Assembly: GCA_951406725.2 (NCBI GenBank)
Contig: OX597819.1
Span: forward strand, 90,272,001 to 90,336,000
DNA: 64,000 nt
Direction: 5' to 3'
Source of the DNA: Octopus vulgaris
Lineage: Eukaryota
The notes under the pieces were generated by a model, which had not been told where the DNA came from, made no database searches, and saw only the letters and a list, made by a program, of their open reading frames with translations. The translations under genes were made by a program, and so were the position numbers. Below are positions 24,933 to 38,017 of the stretch, piece by piece; position 1 is the stretch's first letter, and every line of letters starts with the position of its first letter.

Positions 24933-25976
24933 ATCATCATCATCATCATCATCATCGTTTAACGTCCGCTTTCCGCGCTAGCACGGGTTGGACGGTTTGA
25001 CCGGGTCTGGGAAGCCAGGGGCCGCACCAGGCTCCAGTCTGAATCTGGCAGAGTTTCTACGGCTGGATGCCCTTCCTAACGCCAACCACTCCGTGAGTGG
25101 ATTGGGTGCTTTTACGTGCCACCTGCACAGGGGCCGGAGGGTCCGGCATCGTCACGATCGGTTCGAGCATTTTAACGTGTCAGCGGCACGGGGGCAACGA
25201 GGTCCGGGGTACTTTGGGGATCTGGGGTACTTAGAATGAGTAGGGGGTATGTGGAATTGCTGCAGAAAGCAGCCCAGGTCTTTGTAGTCACAGCATTTAT
25301 CGTCACTGAGTAAGGAAGGGTTGGTGTAGGTTCCTAAGAAATAAAGACATTCGTTATCGTCACTGAGTAACGTTATTAGGTAGAGGAAAGAATACAGATA
25401 TTCTAGAGTTGAGTTGGGGAGGGGGGGCCAGTTGAGGTGGGTAATATAGGGGAGCAACCAGTGGGGAAGGTTGGGGTAAGGAGGAACGATGGCAGGAAGG
25501 GTTGGTGTAGGTTCCTAAGAAATAAAAACGTAGGATATTACGAGGCGGGAGGGTGCTAAAGGGGGATAGTCGGAATGAAGCAGTGTCCGGAGGAAGCGTA
25601 AGATCGGTGGGCAGTTGATGAGCTATGGCGCTAGCAGCTTGTCTTTTCACAGTGAAAGCATATGAGGAGAAGGGGTAGTGGGGGGAGGAGGAGGGAGTAG
25701 GGCTTACCCGGTGTAGATGAGTAAGGCGTATCCGGTGTAGATGGTGAGGACAGGGTATACTGGTATTGGTGGTGGGGGGTGAGGAACAGTGTTCACCAGT
25801 ATTGGTGGTGTTGGCGGTGAGAACAGTGTTCACCGGTATTGGTGGTGGGGGTGAGAACAGTGTTCATCGGTATTGGTGGTGGGGGTGGGGGGCGGGCGCA
25901 CCGCCACTGGCGGAAAGATGGCTGAAAGATGGCTGAAAGATGGGAAGAGATGGGAAGAGATGGGATTACGGCTAGG
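24933..25976 (-). mobile_element. Young GC/CpG-rich non-autonomous element with RTE 3' tail and internal minisatellites
   Basis: RTE-type tail at 24933-25150. ~35-bp units (GTATTGGTGGTG...AACAGTGTTCAC) at ~25760-25890. Body is homologous to 36530-37041. Confidence 0.7.
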
Positions 25977-25994
25977 TATATATATAAATTTATA

Positions 25995-26041
<47 letters not shown>

Positions 26042-26086
26042 CAACCCATGCTAGCATGAAAAACGGACGCTAAACGATGATGATGA

Positions 26087-26120
<34 letters not shown>

Positions 26121-26865
26121 TAATGTATGTGTGTGTCTGTGTTTGTCTCCCTGCCATCGTTTGACAACCAATTTTGATATAGTTGCATTCCCACAACTTA
26201 GTGGTTCAGCAAAAGCAATCAATAGAATAAGTTCTTGGCCTACAAAGAATAAGTCCTTGAGTTGGTTCATTCAATTAAAGGTGCTGCTCCAGCATAGCCA
26301 CAGTCAAATGACTGAAACAAGTAAAAGAGTAAATAAATAGATAGATAAATAGACAGACAGACAGACAGACAGATTGATTATAACATTTCTGAATATAGTA
26401 GTCCTGAATTTTACTAACTACTTGTGTTTTTACATAATGTTGTTTCTTTGTTGTTCTTGTGGCAAATCAAGAAAATGTTTGTAAAAATGTTAAAGAGTCT
26501 GACAAAACATCTTGTAGCATTTATTCTAGTTCTTTATGTTCTGAGTTCAAACCCTGCTATAATCTATGCGATAGATCCAGCTTTCAGTTGTGTCTATTGT
26601 GAAAATGGTGTTGAATAATGTATGAGAATGTGAGCATAGTCTTTGTGAATGGGCCTGCTCTGAGTATGTCCCTGTAGATCTGAGTTCAAATGTCTCTGAC
26701 CTGAACTTTGTCTTTTATCCTTTTGAAGTTGATGAAATGAATACTAGTTGAGTATTGGGGTTGATATAATCGACAAGCCTCATCCAACCGAAATTTCAGA
26801 TTTTGTACCTACAGTAGAATGAATTTTATTGTTATTATTTTATTATTATTATTATTATTATTATT

Positions 26866-27415
26866 GAGTGAGCAAGCAGTGCATACCATCAAAGTGACAT
26901 TGGGATAAAATGTACAAAGCCCAGTATACCCATCATGACTACCCATCTGATAAGAGTACACCAGGCACGTGCATCAGAACAATATGTGTGCAATACGGTG
27001 ATCTCATATCAAGATAAACAGCAGCACATGACCTTGCAGGTGGGGCCCAAGTTAGAATTTTCTTCAGGTCAACTAGTCCATCCAACTCAAAAGGTCCCTG
27101 ATTAAGGGTTGTTTGAGGATGTTGAACAAAACACCCATGTTTCCAAAAGTGAATTACCCAAACCCCAAAGAATCCCTCTCAATACATGGCTATGATGTTC
27201 CCCAACTACTTCTGCTCATGATCAGAGATGCACATATCGTCAGCCACTAAGGGACTGGTTAAGGTCAAACAACTGACAAGCAAATGTGTGGTATTGAGCT
27301 GAATATTTGCTGTAGCCCATCTTTTATACCAAGCCAAAACAATGTACATGATAACACTTCCAATCAGTTAAGATCAGAAGTCATGAGAGCCACTGCCTGG
27401 TACTGCATCAGGCAT
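26866..27415 (-). mobile_element. 550-bp non-coding element embedded in an (ATT)n microsatellite
   Basis: (ATT)n abuts both ends; no ORF, TIR or tRNA head recognised. Confidence 0.55.
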
Positions 27416-27492
27416 TTATTATTATTATTATTATTATCATTATTATTATTATTATTATTTTCATCATCATCATCATCATCATTATCATCATC

Positions 27493-27524
<32 letters not shown>

Positions 27525-28100
27525 TGCTGCTGCTACTACTACTACTCTCACTACTATCACCACCATCATAATCTCCCATACAGTCATCATCTATGTTGTC
27601 TCCCCATCTCCCATCAATGACCAAGATCTAGAAAGTAAATTTTATGTAATTTAACGTAATTCAATTTAATTTTCCATCAGATTTATCAGTAGAAAATGAA
27701 GAATTTCCCTTCAAATTTTTATATTTCCGTACCAGTGAAACTTTCTGTCGCTTCTCCTTCAACATTTTTCTTTACTTTTTCTTTCATTTTATTATTTTGT
27801 CTTTTTGCCATATGATGTCAATAAAGCATGCCCTGTCATTTCACTTACATTACACATAGCTGCAGATATTGGTGGACTGCATGTATTGGGACATGAAATA
27901 TATATGTATTTAAAACATTGAATGTCTTGCTTTACAGAAAAATATGTACTGATTTATTTAATGCTTTTTTTTTTTAATCTAGAAAATTCCCTCCAGTTTT
28001 ACTTGTCTTTTTCTCTCATTCATTTTTTTTCTTGTATGTACTTTCGCTTTTACTTTTCCCAATGAAATGTGTATGTGTCTATGTGTGTGTGTGTGTAAAT

Positions 28101-28232
28101 TATACTTTTACAAGAAGGATGACAGTAATGTGACCTTGAAGTTTCGCCCAGCTAGGCCTCCTCAGATGGTCTGACAAAAGCTGGTAGGTCGAAACTTCAA
28201 ATTACTGTCGCCCATCTTCTAATAAAAGTATA
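28101..28232. ncRNA. Fold-back of two back-to-back hammerhead motifs (minus core intact, plus core inactivated)
   Basis: Minus: CTGAGGA-G-GCCT-AGCT-GGGC-GAAAC-TTCAAG-GTC (28165-28132). Plus: CTGACAA...GAAAC-TTCAA with GGTCAC missing (28171-28200). Outer arms TATACTTTTA / TAAAAGTATA. Confidence 0.75.
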
Positions 28233-28466
28233 GTAAATATGTACTCAACAAAAAAATTATTGAGTGATTCTTAAATTCAGTGTTAAATTGATTTTATTAT
28301 AACTCAACAAAAAAACAAACATTAATATATATATATATATATATACATACATACATACATACATATGTAAATATTTCTGTGTGTATCTGTATGTGTATGC
28401 ATCTCTCTCTCTCTCTCTCTCTCATACATACATATATATATGTATATATGTGTGTGTGTGTGTATG

Positions 28467-28502
<36 letters not shown>

Positions 28503-28626
28503 GTATGTATGTATGTATAAGCATGCACACATACATGTCCATTCATACATATGTTTCTCTATGCTTTTCCCATTAATATTGGTTTGATGCTATATTTAGT
28601 TTTCATTGTAATTTCATTAATTTCAG

Positions 28627-28658
28627 TGGTCCTAAACGTGACAGTGGCGTCATTATTG
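28627..28658 (+). CDS. CPNE: Copine (CPNE5/8/9-like) microexon, 32 nt, (x)GPKRDSGVII(V)
   Basis: Acceptor TTTCATTAATTTCAG, donor GTAAGT; retains CpGs; phase 2 to phase 1; joins in frame with 63379-63407 to give a G-x-I-I-[LV]-x-A-E-E-L-x-x-C-[KR] copine linker motif. Confidence 0.72.
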
Positions 28659-28889
28659 GTAAGTGACTTTTTTTTTCGCTTCGTACAGCTTTTCGCTTCC
28701 TAATTTACTTACATGAAATATCTTTTTAAAAATTCATTTCTTATCGAATTTAAGAATCCATCTTCACATATTTTTTAATTCAATTATTATAGTTTAATAT
28801 TTTGCTACAACATTATGGTTATTTTGTAATAAGTCTTTTTTTTCCTTGTAACTTTCATAACTTTATTCAACCCTCACAATTTATTCCTA

Positions 28890-29965
28890 ACTCCAGCTGC
28901 CATGACCAACCCGTAGATGATGGCTTGTGGGTGGATGTTATCCACCTTGACTCCGCAAAAGCCTTTAACTCTGTGTCACACAGACAACTTATGGCAAAGC
29001 TCTCTGAAACAGACATAAAGGTTAATCTTTATAATTGGTTGAAGTCTTTCATACTTAGTTGAAAAGAGTTACTCACAGTACTGGGACACGCTTCTGCACC
29101 TTATGCAATGCCAGGGATTTGTTTTTTGTCCCCTCTTATTTGTTTCATACATTAAAGAAATAGATGCCTGTGTTAAAATATGCAGATGGTTTTAAGTTGT
29201 GCCCAAGGTAAAAAGAATGGATACTATACATAATAGATTTTTCTTGCAATCTGGACTAAGCACAATACAATGCAGCAATGGATTGCTGACTACCAAATTA
29301 AGATGGCTGTAGACAGGTGCATCACTATGTATTTTGGGAGGAAACTTATCTGCTCCCTCCACAACACTAATCTTAAGAAGTCTGCTGGTGAGCATGACCT
29401 ATGAATTATTGTTTACAATGATCTATGTTAAACAAGCTATATTTCTAAAATCACCAAAAAGGCCAAAGGTATCTAAGCATCATTCAGTAAGACTTTTGTC
29501 AGTAATTCACCAGTTATGTATTTAAAGCTGTATATGGATATGGTGCATCCACTCTTACAGTTTGCATCTTATATCAGAAACCCCCATCTTGTCCAGAATA
29601 TCGATCTACTGGGAGCTGTACAGAGACATACAGTCAAACAAATGCCTCTGTCAATCACTAACCATATTTTGAATGTATTACTTCTCTGGGCACAGTTTCA
29701 GCATCTAGTTATTGACTTGTTAGAAACCCACAAGATTATCCACCATCCTTCCAACAACTTCAGTTGCCTTTTTTAATTCAGTATCTCTACCACCTGTAAA
29801 GATGTATATAAAATCAAAACAGTGCAGCACCCATGACTTTTGAGGGCATTTTTTCACACCTAGAATTGTTGAGGCATAGAATAAATTGCTCGCATCAATT
29901 GCTAGCTTCAGGACACTGCACCTTTCAAAGTTTCAATGCTTCCCAAAATTCACCAACACTACTAC
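28890..29965 (+). mobile_element. CR1-type LINE RT pseudogene (3' portion)
   Basis: VDVIHLDSAKAFNSVSHRQLMAKL and LKLYMDMVHPLLQFASYIRNPHLVQNIDLLGAVQR (degenerate LYxxxVRPxLEY...W-N-P...LExVQR). Confidence 0.85.
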
Positions 29966-30049
29966 TAACATGCCTATGCACCCTTTCCTCTTTATGACTC
30001 CTTAAATGTTCACTTTTCTATCTTTTTTGTGCTTTATTCTGTGCACATA

Positions 30050-30461
30050 CTCTTTTACTCTTTTCAGTCATTTGACTGTGGCCATGCTGGAGCACCACCT
30101 TTAGTCGAGCAAATCGATCCCAGGACTTATTCTTTGTAAGCCTAGTACTTATTCTATCGGTTTCTTTTTGCTGAACTGCTATGTTACAGGGACATAAACA
30201 CACCAGTATTGGCTGTCAAGCGATATTGGGGGAACAAACACAGACACACAAACATATACACACATACATTTATATACACATATATTTACACATATATATG
30301 TGTGTGTGTGTATGTTTCCATCTACAAAATCCACTCACAAGCCTTTGGTCAGCCCGAGGCTATAGTAGAAGACGCTTGCTCAAGGTGCCACCCAGTGGGA
30401 TTGAACCCAGGACCATGTGGTTCGTAAGCAAGTTACTTACCACACAGCTGCTCCTATGCCT
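30050..30461 (-). mobile_element. Family A SINE, full length
   Basis: Reverse complement of the 1131-1541 pattern. Confidence 0.85.
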
Positions 30462-31198
30462 ATACTTCTAACCTTCAACACTGGCTTTCTTTACTTGGCA
30501 ACTAGTGTTGGTTCAGTAGTGTACTCATGACTTCACAGTTCAGCAGAAGAGATGGATATAGTAAGTGACAGACTTAAAACAAATTAGAACTATGGTCGAT
30601 TTCTTTAACTATATTCTTCAAGGTGATGTCCTTGCATAGCTACACTCCAATGACTGTAACAAGTAAAAAGAAAAATTTTATTTTAAATGAGAGTGATTGT
30701 TAAAAGCAGAGACATTTATTGTTCAAATATAACATTATGCTACAATGAGATAAATGCTTTTAGTCTCTAAAATCTATTTTAAAATCTAATTACAACTCAA
30801 TATTAGGCTAAATTCAGAATGCATTGAAAGATTTGGGTCTTCAAACACGTGACATATATTTCAATTAGAAAAGGTGTCTTTTGGGGAGAATTTTAGCTAG
30901 TGTATAAGTCTGTCCTGATTTCAGATAAATTCATTTTCTAATTTTTTTTTTTTAAATAAAAGAGGTGTCTGATAGATATTGACATTGTAAATAATGATTA
31001 CAGCTTGCTCACATTTAAAGAAATTTCTGTGTTGTGTTAATGGCAGCCTCGTGTCTAAACATTGGCTCTCAGAAATACAGATGATCATTAGGTCTAAGTC
31101 ATGGGCTTGTCATTAACACTTTTATAATTGCTTTCTCTTATAAGAAAGGTGTAATTGTTGTGTAGGTCAGTCCTGATTTATCATCACTTGCATGGCCA

Positions 31199-31433
31199 TT
31201 AACCCTCTAACTGCAAAATTAAATTTCACAATTATTTCAGTAATAATGCTAAAAATCTACCAAAAATTAGAATTGATGTTTTCTGCAATAAACTTGACAT
31301 AACTCAACAAAAAATAATTTCAAACATGACATTCCTTAACAAAAGATGGATTGGTTTAATAAACCTACTTTTCACAGTTGAGAGTAATGAAATTTTGAAT
31401 AGAGAGATCTAATTTCTGCAATAACAGTGTTAA
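31199..31433. mobile_element. TTAA-flanked MITE (piggyBac-like)
   Basis: TTAACCCTCTAACTGCAAAATT at the left end and AATTTCTGCAATAACAGTGTTAA at the right end are imperfect inverted termini. Confidence 0.45.
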
Positions 31434-33200
31434 TCATGTATTAAAGTTTGCTTTGCAACTACAACATTCCATGTTTGATTCCACTGGAAAACATCTTGAG
31501 CCAGTGTTTACTATTATGATTGTAGTCCAAGAAAGACAGTTCTGCAATTTCTTGCTAAACAACCTTCACAAATGATTTGTTTATAGAGATCAAATGTGTG
31601 TATGTGCTGTACATTAGCTCACCCTCCATCAAATTGGTGTTGTCTAAATGTGTTGAAGTGATCACAGAGTAACATGAGATGAAGTGTTTTGCTCAAGAAC
31701 AGCACCTAGCCCAGAAATTTAAACTACAATCTTGTGATTGTGAGAGCAACACCTTAACCACTAGGCCATGCACATTTGTGTTTACTACAAAAGTGTTAGG
31801 TTAACCTTTATCGTGTTGGTGAAATTTAGTAAATGGTAAAATGTGCAAAATCCTGTTGTATGTATGTATGTATGTATCCATCCATCCATCTATTCATCAT
31901 TCATTTATTGGTTTTATATTGATAACATAACAGCAAGAAAACAGAAAAAAAAAGTAGGGGTGGTTTAACAAAGTTCTTTGTTAGATTTGTTCTGCCTCAA
32001 GTTACTCTCACCATCAGCATTGCAGTGAACTAGTGATTGGTTTGTTAGAAACTCTTAACCTATGATGTCATGGTTCAATAATTGCAACAAAATATTTTTT
32101 TAAATATGTGTTCCAGCCATGGCCAGTCAATGTTTTTATCAGGCACAGTACACTAACCAACTCATTACCCAGTGTATGTCTTTTTTTTTTCTAAGACTGA
32201 TGGGTGTGATTTGAGGAACGTTTGGCTGTTATTTCTAGCAAATCAAGCGGCTTCAAATAAGTTCTGTCATTGGATTGTCAGAAAAATTTGTTGCAGTGTC
32301 TTTATTTTGGAAATTACTTCAGATGTGTTTCTGTTTAGTATCGGCCAAATTTTTTTCATGAATAGTCAATGGGGCTAGTAAGATGCTAAACAACTCAGAA
32401 TCATGTCTTGACCGTAAGCCTTACAGTCATTATATCAATTACCCTCAATTTACCTTGGTAAAATTAGAGATAAGTGGTTAATAGAGGTAGAGATGGGATT
32501 TAGCTGTAAAATCACTTGTTCCAAAAGATTAATACACAAAGTTTTCGGTTTTAATATTGTATTCTAGTTTAGAAAATGAACATTAAAGATATCTTAAGAA
32601 GTCTTGATTATGAAAGCTGATTATGGTTTCTGAAAAGAAATATTAATTATAAAGAGTTCTCTGATGAAACCAACAAAATTAAACTTAATGAAAATAGTAG
32701 ACCTACTACAAAGAAATGTATACTCATTGTTCTATTCTTGTATTGGTTTCAATTTTCAGGACGGAATTGATTGAGGTAGATTTTCTAATTTAGATGTGCT
32801 TCCCATTGCCAGTCTTCACCTGTTTCCAAGCAATGTTATATTTTCATACAGCTAGACATGTTTTTCATGACAGACAAGAAATTAACAACCTTGCTTGTAT
32901 AATGGTAATGCTTAACCATCACATAATGCCTAAATAAGGGTCCATACAAGCACACACACAAGCTTACACACACACATACATCATACATGCAACATAGTTT
33001 TTTCAGTTTCTGTCTACCAAATCCAACACAAAGTTTTGGTCACCCTGGCACTATAGTAGAAGGTTTTCTACAGAAATTATTTCCAGCACTGATTTTTTGT
33101 TACAATGTTTCATATCCAAGATGTCAGAAGTAAACAAACAATGAAAAGAGCAAGATTCTTAATCACCCATCCACATCTGCACCTACATACATGTGTATAT

Positions 33201-33719
33201 AGGCACAAGCATGGCTGTGTAGTAAGTAGCTTGCTTCCCAAGCACATGGTTCTGAGTTCAGTCCTACTGTGTGGCACCTTGGGCAAGTGTGGAACTATGG
33301 CCTCAGGTCATCCAAAACTTTGTGAGTGGATTTTGGTAGACAGAAACTGAAAGAAGCCCAATGTATATATATATATACAGCTGTAGAAACTCTGCCAGAT
33401 CAAGATTGGAGCCTGGTACAGCCATCTGGTTCGCCAGTCCTCAGTCAAATCGTCCAACCCATGCTACCATGGAAAGTGGACGTTAAATGATGATGATGAT
33501 GATATTTGTGTGTGTGTCTATGTTTGTCCCCTCTCCACCACTTGACAACTGATGCTGATGTGTTTACATCCCTGTAACTTAGTGGTTTGGTAAGAGATTG
33601 ATTGAATAAGTACTAGGCTTAGAAAGAATAAGTCTTGGGGTCACTTTCTACATCTAAGACCCTTTAAGGTGGTGCTCCAGCATAGCCCTAGTCAAATGAC
33701 TGAAGCAAGTAAAAGAATA
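33201..33719 (+). mobile_element. Family A SINE with an RTE-tail fragment inserted in its internal microsatellite
   Basis: Head 33201-33360, RTE tail 33378-33503, family A tail 33515-33719. Confidence 0.75.
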
Positions 33720-35261
33720 TGTATATATATAATCCTTTAGGGTGTACATATTTTTGAATCATTTGAAAATTAATATTTCGTTCATATCTTTGAAAATGTT
33801 TATTGTTTTGTGTTCCAAATTTATATAATGTTTGCATGAATAATATATTTAATTCAGTATAAATTTCAATTGATTTCCTTTGATATTATCAGATTAATGG
33901 CAATTTTACTGAAATTTTTGGAGTGTACATACATCTGTGAGATACTGTATACATCCATCCATACATACATACATACATACATGCATGCATACATGTATAG
34001 ATAGATGCATGCATGGATGGATGCATGCATGCATGGAGAGGAAATTAGTCAGAAGAAATTGTTACACCCAATTCCTGGCCTGTGGTCAATACCTGCAAGG
34101 AAAATATAGATAGAGAGAGAACCAATAAATAGACTTCCATCTAAATCCCTACCACAGAGCAAATTTTACTAAAAGCAACTAAGGACTGGGTGATGTATTG
34201 AACTGAATTATGTATATTTGGCCTACCTCACAATTAGGGAAAGTGGTATTGAGTATGGAGTAAAAAGTGTGTTCAAAATGCAATTGAGTTAACTGGGAAT
34301 CAAAATTGGCTAGCCAATTCCACTTACAGAGCATTTACTCTGACTGTATGGTATTTGAACACCATTAGTGTTACCTCTTTTTCTTTAGTAGTTCTCTCTT
34401 GCGTATATAAAAAGTTAAAATGGATTAAAGAGAAAATTAATCTACTTTCCGTGTTAACATGCACTGACTAGTCTACAAATTTTGTTGTTTTACATTTGAA
34501 TTTCCTTTTGCATGTACATTACAGTGTAATTCAAGTGGATGTCCATTTTGTTTCTTGGGTTTTTTTAACTATATGTGTATAGGCACAGGTGTGGCTGGGT
34601 AGGTAAAAGGTTTGCTTCCCAATCACATGTTTTCAGGTTCAGTTCTGCTGCATAGCATCTTAGACAAATGTTTCTTCTACTATAACCCTGGGCCAATCAA
34701 TGCCTTGTGAGTGGTAGGCCAAAAATGCCAATATCACCACACAGTCCTCCCTCTCCTTTATCATTACCATTGCATTCCCTCTTTCCATCACCTTCTATTC
34801 CTCCCTACCAAATACACACAGAACTGCCCACATACCCCAGTCACCCTTTTGATTAGTAAAAATTAATCAACATCCTTCGGTTATAAATTCATTACTTTCA
34901 ATGTTAGTACCAAATCACCAGAAGAAATGAACACATGAACTATGACCTGCCCGATGTCCATGGATACTATGGACTGTAATCATCCTAGGAATATGGCCTA
35001 TGATCATAAGAAGCATGTGATTTGCGGAAATGCGCATAGTGATACATTAAAATATTTATAAATTCCATTGATGGATTATTATTATTATTACTATATTTAT
35101 CATACATTATATCAGCACAGCTTGGTACAAACCCATAAAACTGCTATTGCAAGTTGGTATCATTAGGTTGTAACTGATATAATAAAATAAGAGCTTTTAT
35201 ATGCCTACTCAAAAACATTCCCCATAAATGAACTTAAAGGAGATATATATATATATATATT

Positions 35262-35745
35262 GTGACCAAGACCTTTGGTGATATGCTCTGCTTAAGAGGA
35301 CTTGTCGAGCCAAGTGCACCCATGTTGGTGGCACATAAAAAAAAGCAACCTTCGAATGTTGGGCCTCATGGAGGCAAAGTGGCTGAGTACCTTTCGAGTG
35401 TTGAGCCTCACAGAGGTAAAGTAGCTGATTTCCTTTCAAGCTTTGGGCCTCATGGAGGCAATGACCAAGACCTTTGGCATTATGTTGTGCTTGAGAAGAC
35501 CCATCAAGCTGAGAAAAATCGCAGTCATAGCAGCTACTGGTGTTACACAAATAGCACCTGTGCCGGTGGCACGTAAAAGCACCCATTACACTTTCGAAGT
35601 GGTCAACATTAGGAAGGGAATCCAGCCATAGAAAACCATGCCAAATCAGACTGGATCCTGGCGCAGCCTTCCAGTGTGCCAGCCCAGTCAAACCATCCAA
35701 CTCATGCCAGCATGGGCAACGGACATTAAATAATGACGATAATTA
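35262..35745 (+). mobile_element. RTE 3' end with ~41-bp tandem repeats derived from the ORF C-terminus
   Basis: Three copies similar to CTTCGA(A/G)TGTTG(G/A)GCCTCA(T/C)(G/A)GAGG(C/T)AAAGT at 35350-35460, followed by the RTE tail. Confidence 0.75.
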
Positions 35746-35806
35746 TGATGATTATATATATATATATATATATAAAACACAAAAGTGGTGGGGTTCCAAC
35801 ACATTT

Positions 35807-35849
<43 letters not shown>

Positions 35850-35873
35850 CATACATACATACATACATACATG

Positions 35874-35911
<38 letters not shown>

Positions 35912-36079
35912 TATATCATGTGATCAGCCAGGCCATCAAATGTTATACATCACTAATCATAATGCATTTAGAATCATTTTTAGTCTTCAGATGATGCCAG
36001 CCTGCTGGCTTGGTGAGCAGGTCAACTTTCTGCCTGGTGAGAAAGCCAGTCCATCACAGCATTACCCTTTTACAACTGC

Positions 36080-36326
36080 ATCCCGTGCACAGATAAGTTT
36101 GAATGCCTATTTCCACTCCTAGACTGATCATACATGTTTCTCTATCTATCTAACTATTTTATCTGATTTCTATCTATTTTGTCTGATTTGTTCATTTCTC
36201 CACTCGTCTGCGATCGACCTTCGTGTATTCGCCATATTGAAACCTGTTTCCTTTAATACACTTCCGCCTTCTCCAAAAATCCCTCTTCCGGACAACTTTT
36301 TACTTAAAAGGCAACCCACAACATGT

Positions 36327-36375
<49 letters not shown>

Positions 36376-37041
36376 CATCTACCAGCTATATAATCCCGTG
36401 CACAGATAAGTTTGAATGCCTATTTCCACTCCTAGACTGATCATACATGTTTCTCTATCTATCTAACTATTTTATCTGATTTCTATCTATTTTGTCTGAT
36501 TTGTTCATTTCTCCTCTCGTCTATGATCGACCTTCGTGTATCGCGGTGCACCCGCCCTGCCCACCCCCACCACCAATACCGGATATCTCTATTTTTGCTC
36601 CATCTATACCGGATGTCGCTTCTCCCACCACCATTATAGGTGTCTACTCTTCGAACCCCCCTCTTCAATACGCTATTTCACCATGCATTACCCCTCTCTT
36701 GATATCCTACGTTCTACTTGCCTACAACCTGTCATCATTTCTCTGAACCACCCCTCCCCACTGGTGCTCCCCTATATTCCTGCACCCCCCCCCCCACATA
36801 AAAAGCACCATCCGAACATGGCCGATGCCAGACCCCTCTGGCACCTGTGCAGGTGGCACGTAAAAAGCACCCACTACACTTGCGGAGTGGTTGGCGTTAG
36901 GAAGGGCATCCAGCTGTAGAAACACTGCCAGACCAGACTAGAGCCTGGGGCAGTCCCTAGCTCCCCAGACCCCGGTCGAAACCGTCCAACCCGTGCTAGC
37001 GCGGAAAACGGACGTTAAACGATGATGATGATGATGATGAT
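36080..37041 (+). mobile_element. Young RTE-tailed non-autonomous element with a 149-bp 5' duplication
   Basis: 36080-36228 and 36393-36541 differ at about 3 positions. Body matches 24933-25976; tail ends GGACGTTAAACGATGATG. Confidence 0.7.
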
Positions 37042-37269
37042 GGACTAGAGCAATGTGAAATGAAGTGTTTTTGCTCAAGAACACAACATGCAGCTTGATC
37101 CAGGAATACAACTCCCTAACCACTAGGCCATGTGCCTTCACTGTGTGTGTGTGTGTGTGTATGTATTAAAATACATTAAAATATTTATAAATTCCATCTT
37201 TGAATTATTATTATTGTTATTATTTGTATTATTATTATTATTAGTAGTAGTAGTAGTAGTAGTATCATA

Positions 37270-37652
37270 GATGTCACACAGTATACAATATCATGAGGTT
37301 GTTGAGGATATTGTATCTGCAGGGGGTTTGTACTGTTTGTCAAGTCACAACAAGGCCCTCAGTCAGACTGTACTTTGCGCAATATGCATGCTGTTCCAAG
37401 TAGTGCCGACTTTTGCAATACATCTAGATTGTAGGGTATCTCTTAGGTTTTCAGAAGTTTTTTGCAGATTGGATGGTATTGAACCCAATGCTCCGATGAC
37501 AATAGGGATAACCTTTATGTTTAACTCTTGTAGCTGCACATCTTAGTGATCTCAGTTCTCGGGTCTCTATATTTATCAATTTTTTCCCTTTCATGATATG
37601 TTGATTTCCTGGTACTGCTACATCGATTATTAGGCATTCTTTGTCCCTACTG
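37270..37652 (-). mobile_element. R4/Dong-like non-LTR retrotransposon 3' remnant (restriction-like endonuclease)
   Basis: Minus translation CLIIDVAVPGNQHI...IDKYRD..TEITKM...KVIPIVIGALGSIP...LQKSALLGTACILRKV. (ATT)n/(AGT)n repeats on both sides. Confidence 0.85.
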
Positions 37653-37949
37653 AATTATTGTTATTATTATTATTATCATCATCATCATCATCATCATTAT
37701 ATAAGGCGGAATCATTAGCTTGCCAAACAAAATGTTTAGAGGCATTTTGTCCATCTTTATGTTCTCAGTTCAAATTCTGCTGAGGTCACCATCATTGCAA
37801 GCAATGTCCTTCACTTTGTCTGTCTTTACATTCTGAGTTCAACTTTGCCTTTCATCCTTTTGGGGCAGTAAATCAAGTACCAGTTGAGCACTTGTGTCAA
37901 TGTAATCAACTAGTCCCCTTCTCCAAAATTTCTGGCCTTGTGCCTATAG

Positions 37950-37988
<39 letters not shown>

Positions 37989-38017
37989 TGTATGTATCTG
38001 TGGCTCAGTGGTTAGGC

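Noticed and set aside
25760-25890. ~35-bp repeats resembling a CRISPR array (also 60-bp repeats at 13751-13870)
   Set aside because: Head-to-tail minisatellites with no unique spacers, inside eukaryotic retroelements; no cas genes.
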